This document shows positions 16,401 through 32,239 of a stretch of 64,000 bases of DNA, in pieces (within the stretch, counting starts at the first letter, position 1; each line of letters starts with the position of its first letter). The DNA is from the human T2T-CHM13v2.0 reference genome, Homo sapiens, in assembly GCF_009914755.1 (NCBI RefSeq), contig NC_060945.1, one strand, 5' to 3'. The translations under genes and the position numbers were made by a program. The notes under the pieces are model-generated. The model ran no database searches. It saw nothing but the letters and a program-made list of their open reading frames with translations, and was not told the origin of the DNA.

Positions 16401-18718
16401 CCCGAATATATAGCATACTGTACATAAAATATCAAAGTACCCATAATATATATTGTATACTGTACATGAAATATGATGGTACATCAAAGATATATTATAT
16501 TCTGTACATAAAATATCAAAGTACACCAAATATATATGATATGCTGTACATAATATATTAAAGTTGACCAAATATATATTACATACTGTACATAAAATAT
16601 GAAGGTACATCAAATATATATTATATTCTGCACATAAAATATCATATTACACCAAATATATATTATATACTGTACATAAAAGATGAAAGTACATCAAATA
16701 TATATTATATGCTGCACATAAAATATAAAAGTCCCCAAAGTTTGTATTATATTCTGCACATAAAATATCAAAGTATCCAAAGTGTATATTATATACTGTA
16801 CATAAAATATGAAGGTACATCCGATACCTATTATATTCTGTACATAAAATATCAAAGTACACCAAGTATACAATATATACTGTACATAAAATATTAAATT
16901 ACCCGAAATATGTATTGTATACTGTACATAAAATATGAAAGTAACCAAACATTTATAATAAACTGTACATAAAATATCAAAGTACTCAAACTGTGTATTA
17001 TATACTGTACATAAAGCATCAAAGTACCCAAACTCTGTAGCATATACTGTACATAAAATATCAAGGTACCCAAAATATATATTGTAAACTGTAGATAAAA
17101 TATCAAAGTACCCAAAGTATACATTATATACTCTACATAAAATATCAAAATACGCAAAATATATAATGTATACTGTACATAAAATATCAAAGTATCCAAA
17201 CTATATATTATGTACTGTACATAAAATATCAAAGTACCCAAAGTGTGTATTATACACTGCATATAAAATATGAAGGTACATAAAATATATATTGTATTCT
17301 GTACATAAAATATCAAATTACACCAAATATATATTATATAGTGTACATAATATATTAAAGTCTACCAAATATATATTATATACTGTACATAAAATATGAA
17401 GGTACATCAAATATATATTATACGCTGCACATAAAATATCAAAGTACCCAAAGTATGTATTATATACTGTACATAAAATATCAAAGTACCCAAAGTATAT
17501 ATTATATACTGTACATAAAATATAAAATACCCCAAAAATATATTATATGCTGTACATAAAATATGAAAGTACACAAAATATGTATTATGTACTGTACATA
17601 CAATATCAAAGGACGCAAAATATATATTATATACTGTACATAAAATATCAAAATACCCAAAATATATATTATATACTGTACATAAAATACCAAAGTACCC
17701 AAAGTATATATTATATACCGTACAAAAAATATCAAAGTAGCCAAAATATGTATTATACACTGTACATAATATATGAAAGTACCCAAACATTTATAATAAA
17801 CTGTACATAAAATATCAATGTACTCAAACTATATATTATGTGCGGTACATAAGATATCAAAGTACCCATACTATATAGTATGTACTGTACTTAAAATATC
17901 AAAATACCCAAAATATATATTATATACGTTACATAAACTATCAAATACACAAAGTATGTATTATATACTGTACATAAAATAGCAAAGTTCCCAAAATATG
18001 TATTATATACTGTACATAAAATATGAAAGTACCCAACCATTTATAATAAACTCTACATAAAATACCAAAGTACCCAAACTGTGTATTATATACTGTCCAT
18101 AAATTGTCAAAATACCCAAAATATATATTGTAAACTGTACATAAAATATCAAAGTAGCCAAAATGTATATTGTTATACTGTACATAAAATATACACGTAC
18201 CCAAAATATATATTATATACTGTACATAAAATATCAAAGTACCCATAATACATATTATATACTGTACATAAAATATCAAAGGACCCAAAATAAACATTAT
18301 ATACTGTACATAAAATATCGAAATACTCAAAATATATATTACATACTGTACATAAAATATCAAAGTACCCAAATTATGTATTATATACTGTACGTAAAAT
18401 ATCAGAGTACCCAAAATATGCATTATATACTGTACATAAAATATGAAAGTAACAAAACATTTATAATAAACTGTACATAAAATATCAAAGTACTAAAACT
18501 ATATATCATATACTGTACATAAAATATCAAAGTACCCAAACTGTGTATTATTATATACTGTCCATAAAATATCAAAGTACCTAAAATATATATTGCATAC
18601 TGTACATAAAATATCAAAGTACCCAAAATATATACTCTATACTGTACATAAAATATGAAGGTACATCAAATATATATTATATCCTGTACATAAAATATCA
18701 AAGTACACCTATTATATA
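13489..18718 (+). repeat. Composite HSat1A unit E (5,230 bp)
   Basis: Landmark spacing 13489 to 18719. Contains two copies of the otherwise once-per-unit motif TATGTGCGGTACATAAG (~15914 and ~17837). Confidence 0.8.
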
Positions 18719-21700
18719 TTGTGTACTGTACATAATATATTAAATCACCCAAATATATATTGTACACTGTATATAAAATATGAAGGTACTTCAAATGTAT
18801 ATTATATGCTGCATATAAAATATCAAAGTACCCAAAGTATGCATTACATACTGTACATAAAATATCAAAGTACACAAATTATATATTATATAATGTACAT
18901 AAAATATGAAGGTTCATAAAATATATTTTATATTCTGTACATAATATATCAAAGTACATCAATTATATATTATATACGGTACATAAAATATCAAAGTACC
19001 CAAAATATGTATTATTTACTGTACATAAAATATGAAAGTAACCAAACATTTATAATAAACTGTACATAAAATATCAAACTACTCAATCTACATATTATAT
19101 ACAGTATATAAAATATCAAAGTACACAAACTGTATATTATATACTGTACATAATATATCAAAGTACCCAGAATATATAGCATACTGTACATAAAATATCA
19201 AAGTACCCAAAATATATATTGTATACTGTACATAAAATATAAAGGTACATCAAAGATATATTATATTCTGTACATAAAATATCAAATTACACCAAATATA
19301 TATTATATGCTGTACATAATATATTAAAGTTGCCCATATATACATTATACACTGTACATAAAATATGAACGTACATCAAATATATGGTATATGCTGCACA
19401 TATAATATCAAAGTACCCAAAGTATGTATTATACACTGTACATAAAATATCAAACTACCAAAATTATATATTACATACTGTAAATAAAATATGAAGGTAC
19501 CTCAAATATATATTATATTCTGTACATAAAATATCAAAGTACACCAAGTATATACTATATACTCTGCATAAAATATTAAATTACCCACAATATGTATTGT
19601 ATTGTGTACATAAAATATGAAAGTAACCAAACATTTATAATAAACTGTACATAAAATATCAAAGTACTCAAACTGTATATTATATACTGTACATAAAGTA
19701 TCAAAGTACCCAAACTGTGTAGTATATACTGTACATAAAATGTCAAGGTACGCAAAATATATATTGTAAACTGTAGATAAAATATCAAAGTACCCAAAAT
19801 ATATATTATATACTGTACATAAAATATGAAGGCACATCCAATATATATTATATTCTGTACATAAAATATCAAAGTACACCAAATGTATATTATACACTGT
19901 ACATAAAATATCAAAGTACCCAACGTGTATATTATATACTGTACACAAAATATGAAGGTTCATCAAATATATTTTATATTCTGCACATAATATATCAAAG
20001 TACATCAAATATATATTATATACTGTACATAAAATATCAAAGTACCAAAAATATGTATTATATACTGTGCATAAAATATGAAAGTAACCAAACATATATA
20101 ATAAACTGTACATAAAATATCAAAGTACTCGAACTACATATTATATACAGTATATAAAATGTCAAAGTACCCAAACTCTATATTATATACTGTACATAAT
20201 ATATCAAAGTACCCGAATATATAGCATACTGTACATAAAATATCAAATTACCCAAAGTGTGTATTATACACTGCACATAAAATATGAAGGTACATAAAAT
20301 ATATATTGTATTCTGTACATAAAATATCAAAGTACTCCAAATATATATTACATGCTGTACATAATATATTAAAGTTGCCCAAATATATATTATATACTGT
20401 ACATAAAATATGAAGGTACATCAAATATATAGTATATGCTGCACATAAAATATCAAAGTACCCAAAGTATGTATTATATACTGTACATAAAATATCAAAG
20501 TACCCAAGGTATATATTATATACTGTACATAAAATATAAAATACCCCAAATATATATTATATGCTGTACATAAAATATCAAAGTACACAAAATATGTATT
20601 ATGTACTGTGCATAAAATATCAAAGGACCCAAAATATATATTATATACTGTACATAAAATATCAAAATACCCAAAATATATATTATATACCCTACATAAA
20701 ATACCAAAGTACCCAAAGTATATATTATATACCGTACAAAAAATATCAAAGTAGCCAAAATATGTATTATACACTGTACATAATATATGAAAGTACCCAA
20801 ACATTTATAATAAACTGTACATAAAATATCAATGTACTCAAACTATATATTATGTGCGGTACATAAGATATCAAAGTACCCATACTATATAGTATGTACT
20901 GTACTTAAAATATCAAAATACCCAAAATATATATTATATACGTTACATAAACTATCAAATACACAAAGTATGTATTATATACTGTACATAAAATAGCAAA
21001 GTTCCCAAAATATGTATTATATACTGTACATAAAATATGAAAGTACCCAACCATTTATAATAAACTCTATATAAAATACCAAAGTACCCAAACTGTGTAT
21101 TATATACTGTCCATAAAATATCAAAGTACACAAAATATATATTGTCAACTGTACATAAAATATCAAAGTAGCCAAAATATATATAGTATACCGTACATAA
21201 AATATAAAAGTACCCCAAATATATATTATATACTGTACATAAAATATCAAAGTACCGATAATACATATTATATACTGTACATAAAATATCAAAGGACCCA
21301 AAATAAACATTATATACTGTACATAAAATATCCAAATACTCAAAATATATATTACATACTGTACATAAAATATCAAAGTACCCAAATTATGTATTATATA
21401 CTGTACGTAAAATATCAGAGTACCCAAAATATGCATTATATACTGCACATAAAATATGAAAGTAACAAAACATTTATAATAAACTGTACATAAAATATCA
21501 AAGTACTCAAACTATATATCATATACTGTACATAAAATGTCAAAGTACCCAAACTGTGTATTATTATATACTGTATATAAAATATCAAAATACCTGAAAT
21601 ATATATTGCATATTGTACATAAAATATCAAAGTACCCAAAATATATACTATATACTGTACATAAAATATGAAGGTACATCAAATATATATTATATCCTGT

Positions 21701-24700
21701 ACATAAAATAACAAAGTACACCTATTATATATTGTGTACTGTACATAATATATTAAATCGCCCAAATATATATTGTATACTGTATATAAAATATGAAGGT
21801 ACTTCAAATATATATTATATGCTGCACATAAAATATCAAAGTACCCAAAGTATGCATTACATACTGTACATAAAATATCAAAGTACACAAATTATATATT
21901 ATATACTGTACATAAAATATGTAGGTTCATCAAATATATTTTATATTCTGTACATAATATATCAAAGTACATCAAATATATATTATATACGGTACATAAA
22001 ATATCAAAGTACCCAAAATATGTATTATTTACTGTTCATAAAATATGAAAGTAACCAAACATTTATAATAAACTGTACACAAAATATCAAAGTACTCAAT
22101 CTACATATTATATACAGTATATAAAATATCAAAGTACACAAACTGTATATTATATACTGTACATAATATATCAAAGTACCCAGAATATATAGCATACTGT
22201 ACATAAAATATCAAATTACCCAAAATATATATTGTATACTGTACATAAAATATGAAGGTACATCAAAGATATATTATATTCTGTACATAAAATATCAAAG
22301 TACACCAAATATATATTATATGCTGTACATAATATATTAAAGTTGCCCATGTATACATTTTATACTGTACATAAAATATGTAGGTACATCAAATATATAG
22401 TATATGCTGCACATAAAATATCAAAGTACCCAAAGTATGTAATATATACTGTACATAATATATCAAAGTACCAAAAGTATATATTACATACTGTAAATAA
22501 AATATGAAGGTACATCAAATATACATTATATTCTGTACATAAAATATCAAAGTACACCAAATATATACTATATACTGTACATAAAATATTAAATTACCCA
22601 CAATATGTATTTTATTCTGTACATAAAATATGAAAGTAACCAATCATTTATAATAAACTGTACATAAAATATCAAAGTACTCAAACTGTATATTATATAC
22701 TGTACATAAAGTATCAAAGTACCCAAACTGTGTAGTATATACTGTACATAAAATATCAAGGTACCCAAAATATATATTGTAAACTGTAGATAAAATATCA
22801 AAGTACCCAAAATATATATTATATACTGTACATAAAATATGAAGGCACATCCAGTATATATTATATTATGTACATAAAATATCAAAGTACACCAAATGTA
22901 TATTATATACTGTACATAAAATATAAAAGTACCCCTAGTATATATTATATACTCTACATAAAATATGAAAGTACCCAAAATATATATTATATACTGTACA
23001 TAAAATATCAAAATACCCATAGTATGTATTATATCCTGTACATAAAATATGAAGGTACATCTAATATATATTATATTCTGCACATAAAATATCATATTAC
23101 ACCAAATATATATTATATACTGTACATAAAAGATGAAAGTACATCAAATATATATTATATGCTGCACATAAAATATAAAAGTCCCCAAAGTTTGTATTAT
23201 ATTCTGTACATAAAATATCAAAGTATCCAAAGTGTATATTATATACTGTACATAAAATATGAAGGTACATCCGATACATATTATAGTCTGTACATAAAAT
23301 ATCAAAGTACACCAAGTATATATTATATACCGTACATAAAATATTAAATTACCCAAAATATGTATTGTATACTGTACATAAAATATGAAAGTATCCAAAC
23401 ATTTATAATAAACTGTACATAAAATATCAAAGTACTCAAACTGTGTATTATATACTGTACATAAAGCATCAAAGTACCCAAACTGTGTAGCATATACTGT
23501 ACATAAAATATCAAGGTACCCAAAATATATAGTGTAAACTGTAGATAAAATATCAAAGTACCCAAAGTATACATTATATACTCTACATAAAATATCAAAA
23601 TATGCAAAATATATATTGTATACTGTACATAAAATATCAAAGTATCCAAGCTATATATTATGTACTGTACATAAAATATCAAAGTACCCAAAGTGTGTAT
23701 TATACACTGCATATAAAATATGAAGGTACATAAAATATATATTGTATTCTGTACATAAAATATCAAATTACACCAAATATATATTATATAGTGTACATAA
23801 TATATTAAAGTTGCCCAAATATATATTATATACTGTACATAAAATATGAAGGTACATCAAATATATATTATACGCTGCACATAAAATATCAAAGTACCCA
23901 AAGTATGTATTATATACTGTACATAAAATATCAAAGTACCCAAAGTCTATATTATATACTGTACATAAAATATAAAATACCCCAAATATATATTATATGC
24001 TGTACATGAAATATCAAAGTACACAAAATATGTATTATGTACTGTACATACAATATCAAAGGACCCAAAATATATATTATATACTGTACATAAAATATCA
24101 AAATATCCAAAATATATATTATATACTGTACATAAAATACCAAAGTACCCAAAGTATATATTATATACCGTACAAAAAATATCAAAGTAGCCAAAATATG
24201 TATTATACACTGTACATAATATATGAAAGTACCCAAACATTTATAATAAACTGTACATAAAATATCAATGTACTCAAACTATATATTATGTGTGGTACAT
24301 AAGATATCAATGTACCCATACTATATAGTATATACTGTACTTAAAATATCAAAATATCCAAAATATATATTATATACGTTACATAAACTATCAAATACAC
24401 AAAGTATGTATTATATACTGTACATAAAATAGCAAAGTTCCCAAAATATGTATTATATACTGTACATAAAATATGAAAGTACCCAACCATTTATAATAAA
24501 CTCTACATAAAATACCAAAGTACCCAAACTGTGTATTATATACTGTCCATAAAATATCAAAGTACCCAAAATATATATTGTAAACTGTACATAAAATATC
24601 AAAGTAGCCAAAATATATATTGTATACTGTACATAAAATATAAAATACCCCAAATATATATTATATACTGTACATAAAATATCAAAGTACCCATAATACA

Positions 24701-27700
24701 TATTATATACTGTACATAAAATATCAAAGGACCCAAAATAAATATTATATACTGTACATAAAATATCCAAATACTCAAAATATATATTACATACTGTACA
24801 TAAAATATCAAAGTACCCAAATTATGTATTATATACTGTACGTAAATTATCAGAGTACCCAAAATATGCATTATATACTGTACATAAAATATGAAATTAA
24901 CAAAACATTTATAATAAACTGTACATAAAATATCAAAGTACTCAAACTATATATCATATACTGTACATAAAATATCAAAGTACCCAAACTGTGTATTATT
25001 ATACACTGTATATAAAATATCACAGTACCTGAAATATATATTGTATACTGTACATAAAATATCAAAGTACCCAAAATATATACTATATACTGTACATAAA
25101 ATATGAAGGTACATCAAATATATATTATATCCTGTACATAAAATATCAAACTACACCTATTGGATATTGTGTACTGTACATAATATATTAAATCCCCCAA
25201 ATATATATTGTATACTGTATATAAAATATGAAGGTACTTCAAATTCATATTACATGCTGCACATAAAATATCAAACTACCCAAGGTATGCATTATATACT
25301 GTACATAAAATATCAAAGTACACAAATTATATATTATATACTGTACATAAAATATGAAGGTTCATCAAATATATTTTATATTCTGTACATAATATATCAA
25401 AGTACATCAAATATATATTTTATACGGTACATAAAATATCAAAGTACCAAAAATATGTATTATATACTGTACATAAAATATGAAAGTAACCAAACATTTA
25501 TAATAAATTGTACATAAAATATCAAAGTACTCAAACTTCATATTATATACAGTATATAAAATATCAAAGTACCCAAACTGTATATTATATACTGTACATA
25601 ATATATCAAAGTACCCGAATATATAGCATACTGTACATAACATATCAAAGTACCCAAAATATATACTGTATACTGTACATAAAATATGAAGGTACATCAA
25701 AGATATATTATATTGTGTACATAAAATATCAAAGTACACCATATATATATTATATGCTGTACATAATATATTAAAGTTGCCCAAATATATATTATATACT
25801 GTACATAAAATATGAAGGCACATCAAATATATAGTATATGCTGCACATAAAATATCAAAGTACCCAAAGTATGTAATATATACTGTACATAACATATCAA
25901 AGTACCAAAAGTATATATTACCTACTGTAAATAAAATATGAAGGTACCTCAAATATACATTATATTCTGTACATAAAATATCAAAGTACGCCAAATATAT
26001 ACTATATACTGTACATACAATATTAAATTACCCACAATATGTATTGTATTGTGTACATAAAATCTGAAAGTAACCAAACATTTATAATAAACTGTACATA
26101 AAATATCAAAGTACTCAAACTGTATATTATATACTGTACATAAAGTATCAAAGTACCCAAACTGTGTAGTATACACTGTACATAAAATATCAAGGTACCC
26201 AAAATATATATTGTAAACTGTAGATACGATATCAAATTACCCAAAATATATATTATATACTGTACATAAAATATGAAGGCACATCCAGTATATATTATAT
26301 TCTGTACATAAAATATCAAAGTACACCAAATGTATATTATATACTGTACATAAAATATAAAAGTACCCCAAGTATATATTATATACTCTACATAAAATAT
26401 GAAAGTACCCAACATATATATTATATACTGTACATAAAATATCAAAGTACCCATAGTATGTATTATATCCTGTACATAAAATATGAAGGTACATCAAATA
26501 TATATTATATTCTGCACATAAAATATCATATTACACCAAATATATATTATATACTGTACATAAAATATGAAGGTACATCAAATGTATATTATATGCTGCA
26601 CATAAAATATCAAAGTCCCCAAAGTTTGTATTATATACTGTACATAAAATATCAAAGTATCCAAAGTGTATATTATATACTGTACATAAAATATGAAGGT
26701 ACATCCGATACATATTATATTCTGTACATAAAATATCAAAGTACACCAAGTATATATTATATACTGTACATAAAATATTAAATTACCCGAAATATGTATT
26801 GTATACTGTACATAAAATATGAAAGTAACCAAACATTTATAATAAACTATACATAAAATATCAAAGTACTCAAACTACATATTATATACAGTATATAAAA
26901 TATCAAAGTACCCAAACTGTATATTATATACTGTACATACTATATCAAAGTACCCGAATATATAGCATACTGTACATAAAATATCAAAGTACCCAAAATA
27001 TATATTGTACACTGCACATAAAATATGAAGCTACATCAAAGATATATTATATTCTGTACATAAAATATCAAAGTACACCAAGTATATATTATATGCTGTA
27101 CATAATATATTAAAGTCGACCAAATATATATTACATACTGTACAAAAAATATGAAGGTACATCAAATATATATTATATGCTGCACATAAAATATCAAAGT
27201 ACCCAAAGTATCTATTATATACTGTACATAAAATATCAAAATACCCAAAGTATATATTATATACTATACATACAATATAAAATACCCCAAATATATATTA
27301 TATGCTGTACATAAAATATCAAAGTACACAAAATATGTATTATGTACTGTACATAAAATATCAAAGGACCGAAAATATATATTATATACTGTACATAAAA
27401 TATCAAAATACCCAAAATATATACTATATACTGTACATAAAATACCAAAGTACCCAAAGTATATATTATATACCGTACAAAAAATATCAAAGTAGCCAAA
27501 GTATGTATTATACACTGTATATAATATATGAAAGTACCCAAACATTTATAATAAACTGTACATAAAATATCAATGTACTCAAACTATATATTATGTTCGG
27601 TACATAACATATCAAAATGCCCATACTATATAGTATATACTGTACTTAAAATATCAAAATACCCAAAATATATATTATATACGTTACATAAATTATCCAA

Positions 27701-28472
27701 TACCCAAAGTATGTATTATATACTGTACTTAAAATAGCAAAGTTCCCAAAATATGTATTATATACTGTACATAACAAATGAAAGTACCCAACCATTTATA
27801 GTAAACTCTACATAAAATACCAAAGTACCCAAACTGTGTATTATATACTGTCCATAAATTATCAAAGTACCCAAAATATATATTGTAAACTGTACATAAA
27901 ATATCAAAGTAGCCAAAATGTATATTGTATACTGTACATAAAATATAAACGTACCCCAAATATATATTATATACTGTACACAAAATATCAAAGTACCCAT
28001 AATACATATTATATACTGTACATAAAATATCAAAGGACCCAAAATAAACATTATATACTGTACATAAAATATCCAAATACTCAAAATATATATTACATAC
28101 TGTACATAAAATATCAAAGTACCCAAATTATGTATTATATACTGTACGTAAAATATCAGAGTACCCAAAATATGCATTATATACTGTACATAAAATATGA
28201 AAGTAACAAAACATTTATAATAAACTGTACATAAAATATCAAAGTACTAAAACTATATATCATATACTGTACATAAAATATCAAAGTACCCAAACTGTGT
28301 ATTATTATATACTGTACATAAAATATCAAGGTACCTAAAATATATATTGCATACTGTACATAAAATATCAAAGTACCCAAAATATATACTATATACTGTA
28401 CATAAAATATGAAGGTACATCAAATATATATTATATCCTGTACATAAAATATCAAAGTACACCTATTATATA
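18719..28472 (+). repeat. 9,754-bp HSat1A block (B+C+D), copy 2
   Basis: Landmarks 18719, 21732, 25167, 28473; constant offset of 14,984 from copy 1 in the ORF track (e.g. 4518 vs 19502, 12273 vs 27257). Confidence 0.88.
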
Positions 28473-31400
28473 TTGTGTACTGTACATAATATATTAAATC
28501 ACCCAAATATATATTGTATACTGTATATAAAATATGAAGGTACTTCAAATATACATTATATGCTGCACATAAAATATCAAAGTACCCAAAGTATGCATTA
28601 CATACTGTACATAAAATATCAAAGTACACAAATTATATATTATATAATGTACATAAAATATGAAGGTTCATAAAATATATTTTATATTCTGTACATAATA
28701 TATCAAAGTACATCAATTATATATTATATACGGTACATAAAATATCAAAGTACCCAAAATATGTATTATTTACTGTGCATAAAATATGAAAGTAACCAAA
28801 CATTTATAATAAACTGTACATAAAATATCAAAGTACTCAATCTACATATTATATACAGTATATAAAATATCAAAGTACACAAATTGTATATTATATACTG
28901 TACATAATATATCAAAGTACCCGAATATATAGCATACTGTACATAAAATATCAAAGTACCCAAAATATATATTGTATACTGTACATAAAATATGAAGGTA
29001 CATCGAAGATATATTATATTGTGTACATAAAATATCAAAGTACACCAAATATATATTATATGCTGTACATAATATATTAAAGTTGCCCAAATATATATTA
29101 TATACTGTACATAAAATATGAAGGCACATCAAATATATAGTATATGCTGCACATAAAATATCAAAGTACCCAAAGTATGTAATATATACTGTACATAACA
29201 TATCAAAGTACCAAAAGTATATATTACCTACTGTAAATAAAATATGAAGGTACCACAAATATACATTATATTCTTTACATAAAATATCAAAGTACACCAA
29301 ATATATACTATATACTGTACATACAATATTAAATTACCCACAATATGTATTGTATTGTGTACATAAAATATGAAAGTAACCAAACATTTATAATAAACTG
29401 TACATAAAATATCAAAGTACTCAAACTGTATATTATATACTGTACATAAAGTATCAAAGTACCCAAACTGTGTAGTATACACTGTACATAAAATATCAAG
29501 GTACCCAAAATATATATTGTAAACTGTAGATACAATATCAAATTACCCAAAATATATATTATATACTGTACATAAAATATGAAGGCACATCCAGTATATA
29601 TTATATTCTGTACATAAAATATCAAAGTACACCAAATGTATATTATATACCGTACATAAAATATAAAAGTACCCCAAGTATATATTATATACTCTACATA
29701 AAATATGAAAGTACCCAAAATATATATTATATACTGTACATAAAATATCAAAGTACCCATAGTATGTATTATATCCTGTACATAAAATATGAAGGTACAT
29801 CAAATATATATTATATTCTGCACATAAAATATCATATTACACCAAATATATATTATATACTGTACATAAAATATGAAGGTACATCAAATGTATATTATAT
29901 GCTGCACATAAAATATCAAAGTCCCCAAAGTTTGTATTATATACTGTACATAAAATATCAAAGTATCCAAAGTGTATATTATATACTGTACATAAAATAT
30001 GAAGGTACATCCGATACATATTATATTCTGTACATAAAATATCAAAGTACACCAAGTATATATTATATACTGTACATAAAATATTAAATTACCCAAAATA
30101 TGTATTGTATACTGTACATAAAATATGAAAGTAACCAAACATTTATAATAAACTGTACATAAAATATCAAAGTACTCAAACTGTATATTATATACTGTAC
30201 ATAATGTATCAAAGTACCAAAACTGTGTAGTATATACTGTACATAAAATATCAAGGTACCCAAAATATATATTGTAAACTGTAGATAAAATATCAAAGTA
30301 CCCAAAATATATATTATATACTGTACATAAAATATGAAGGCACATCCAATATATATTATATTCTGTACATAAAATATCAAAGTACACCAAATGTATATTA
30401 TATACTGTACATAAAATATCAAAGTACCCAACGTGTATATTATATACTGTACACAAAATATGAAGGTTCATCAAATATATTTTATATTCTGCACATAATA
30501 TATCAAAGTACATCAAATATATATTATATACTGTACATAAAATATCAAAGTACCAAAAATATGTATTATATACTGTACATAAAATATGAAAGTAACCAAA
30601 CATATATAATAAACTGTACATAAAATATCAAAGTACTCAAACTACATATTATATACAGTATATAAAATGTCAAAGTACCCAAACTCTATATTATATACTG
30701 TACATAATATATCAAAGTACCCGAATATATAGCATACCGTACATAAAATATCAAAGTACCCAAAGTGTGCATTATACACTGCACATAAAATGTGAAGGTA
30801 CATAAAATATATATTGTATTCTGTACATAAAATATCAAAGTACTCCAAATATATATTATATGCTGTACATAATATATTAAAGTTGCCCAAATATATATTA
30901 TATACTGTACATAAAATATGAAGGTAAATCAAATATATAGTATATGCTGCACATAAAATATCAAAGTACCCAAAGTATGTATTATATACTGTACATAAAT
31001 TATCAAAGTACCCAAAGTATATATTATATACTGTACATAAAATATAAAATACCCCAAATATATATTATATGCTGTACATAAAATATCAAACTACACAAAA
31101 TATTTATTATATACTGTACATAAAATACCAAAGGACCCAAAATATATATTATATACTGTAGATAAAATATCAAAATACCCAAAATATATATTATATACCC
31201 TACATAAAATACCAAAGTACCCAAAGTATATATTATATACCGTACAAAAAATATCAAATTAGCCAAAATATGTATTATACACTGTATATAATATATGAAA
31301 GTACCCAAACATTTATAATAAACTGTACATAAAATATCAATGTACTCAAACTATATATTATGTGCGGTACATAAGATATCAAAGTACCCATACTATATAG

Positions 31401-32239
31401 TATGTACTGTACTTAAAATATCAAAATACCCAAAATATATATTATATACGTTACATAAACTATCAAATACACAAAGTATGTATTATATACTGTACATAAA
31501 ATAGCAAAGTTCCCAAAATATGTATTATATACTGTACATAAAATATGAAAGTACCCAACCATTTATAATAAACTCTACATAAAATACCAAAGTACCCAAA
31601 CTGTGTATTATATACTGTACATAAAATATCAAAGTACCCAAAATATATATTGTAAACTGTACATAAAATATCAAAGTAGCCAAAATGTATATTGTATACT
31701 GTACATAAAATATAAAAGTACCCCAAATATATATTATATACTGTACACAAAATATCAAAGTACCCATAATACATATTATATACTGTACATAAAATATCAA
31801 AGGACCCAAAATAAACATTATATACTGTACATAAAATATCCAAATACTCAAAATATATATTACATACTGTACATAAAATATCAAAGTACCCAAATTATGT
31901 ATTATCTACTGTACATAAAATATCAAAGTACCCAAAATATGCATTGTATACTGTACATAAAATATGAAAGTAACAAAACATTTATAATAAACTCTACATA
32001 AAATATCAAAGTACTCAAACTATATATCATACACTGTACCTAAAATATCAAATTACCCAAACTGTATATTATTATATACTGTACATAAAATATCAAAGTA
32101 CCTGAAATATATATTGTATACTGTACATAAAATATCAAAGTACCCAAAATATATACTATATACTGTACATAAAATATGAAGTTACATCAAATATATATTA
32201 TATCCTGTACATAAAATACCAAAGTACACCTATTATATA
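28473..32239 (+). repeat. Chimeric HSat1A unit F (3,767 bp; D-like head, B-like body)
   Basis: Landmark spacing 28473 to 32240. D-type variants to ~30,100, then B-type sequence (GTACCCAACGTG at ~30424). Confidence 0.8.
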
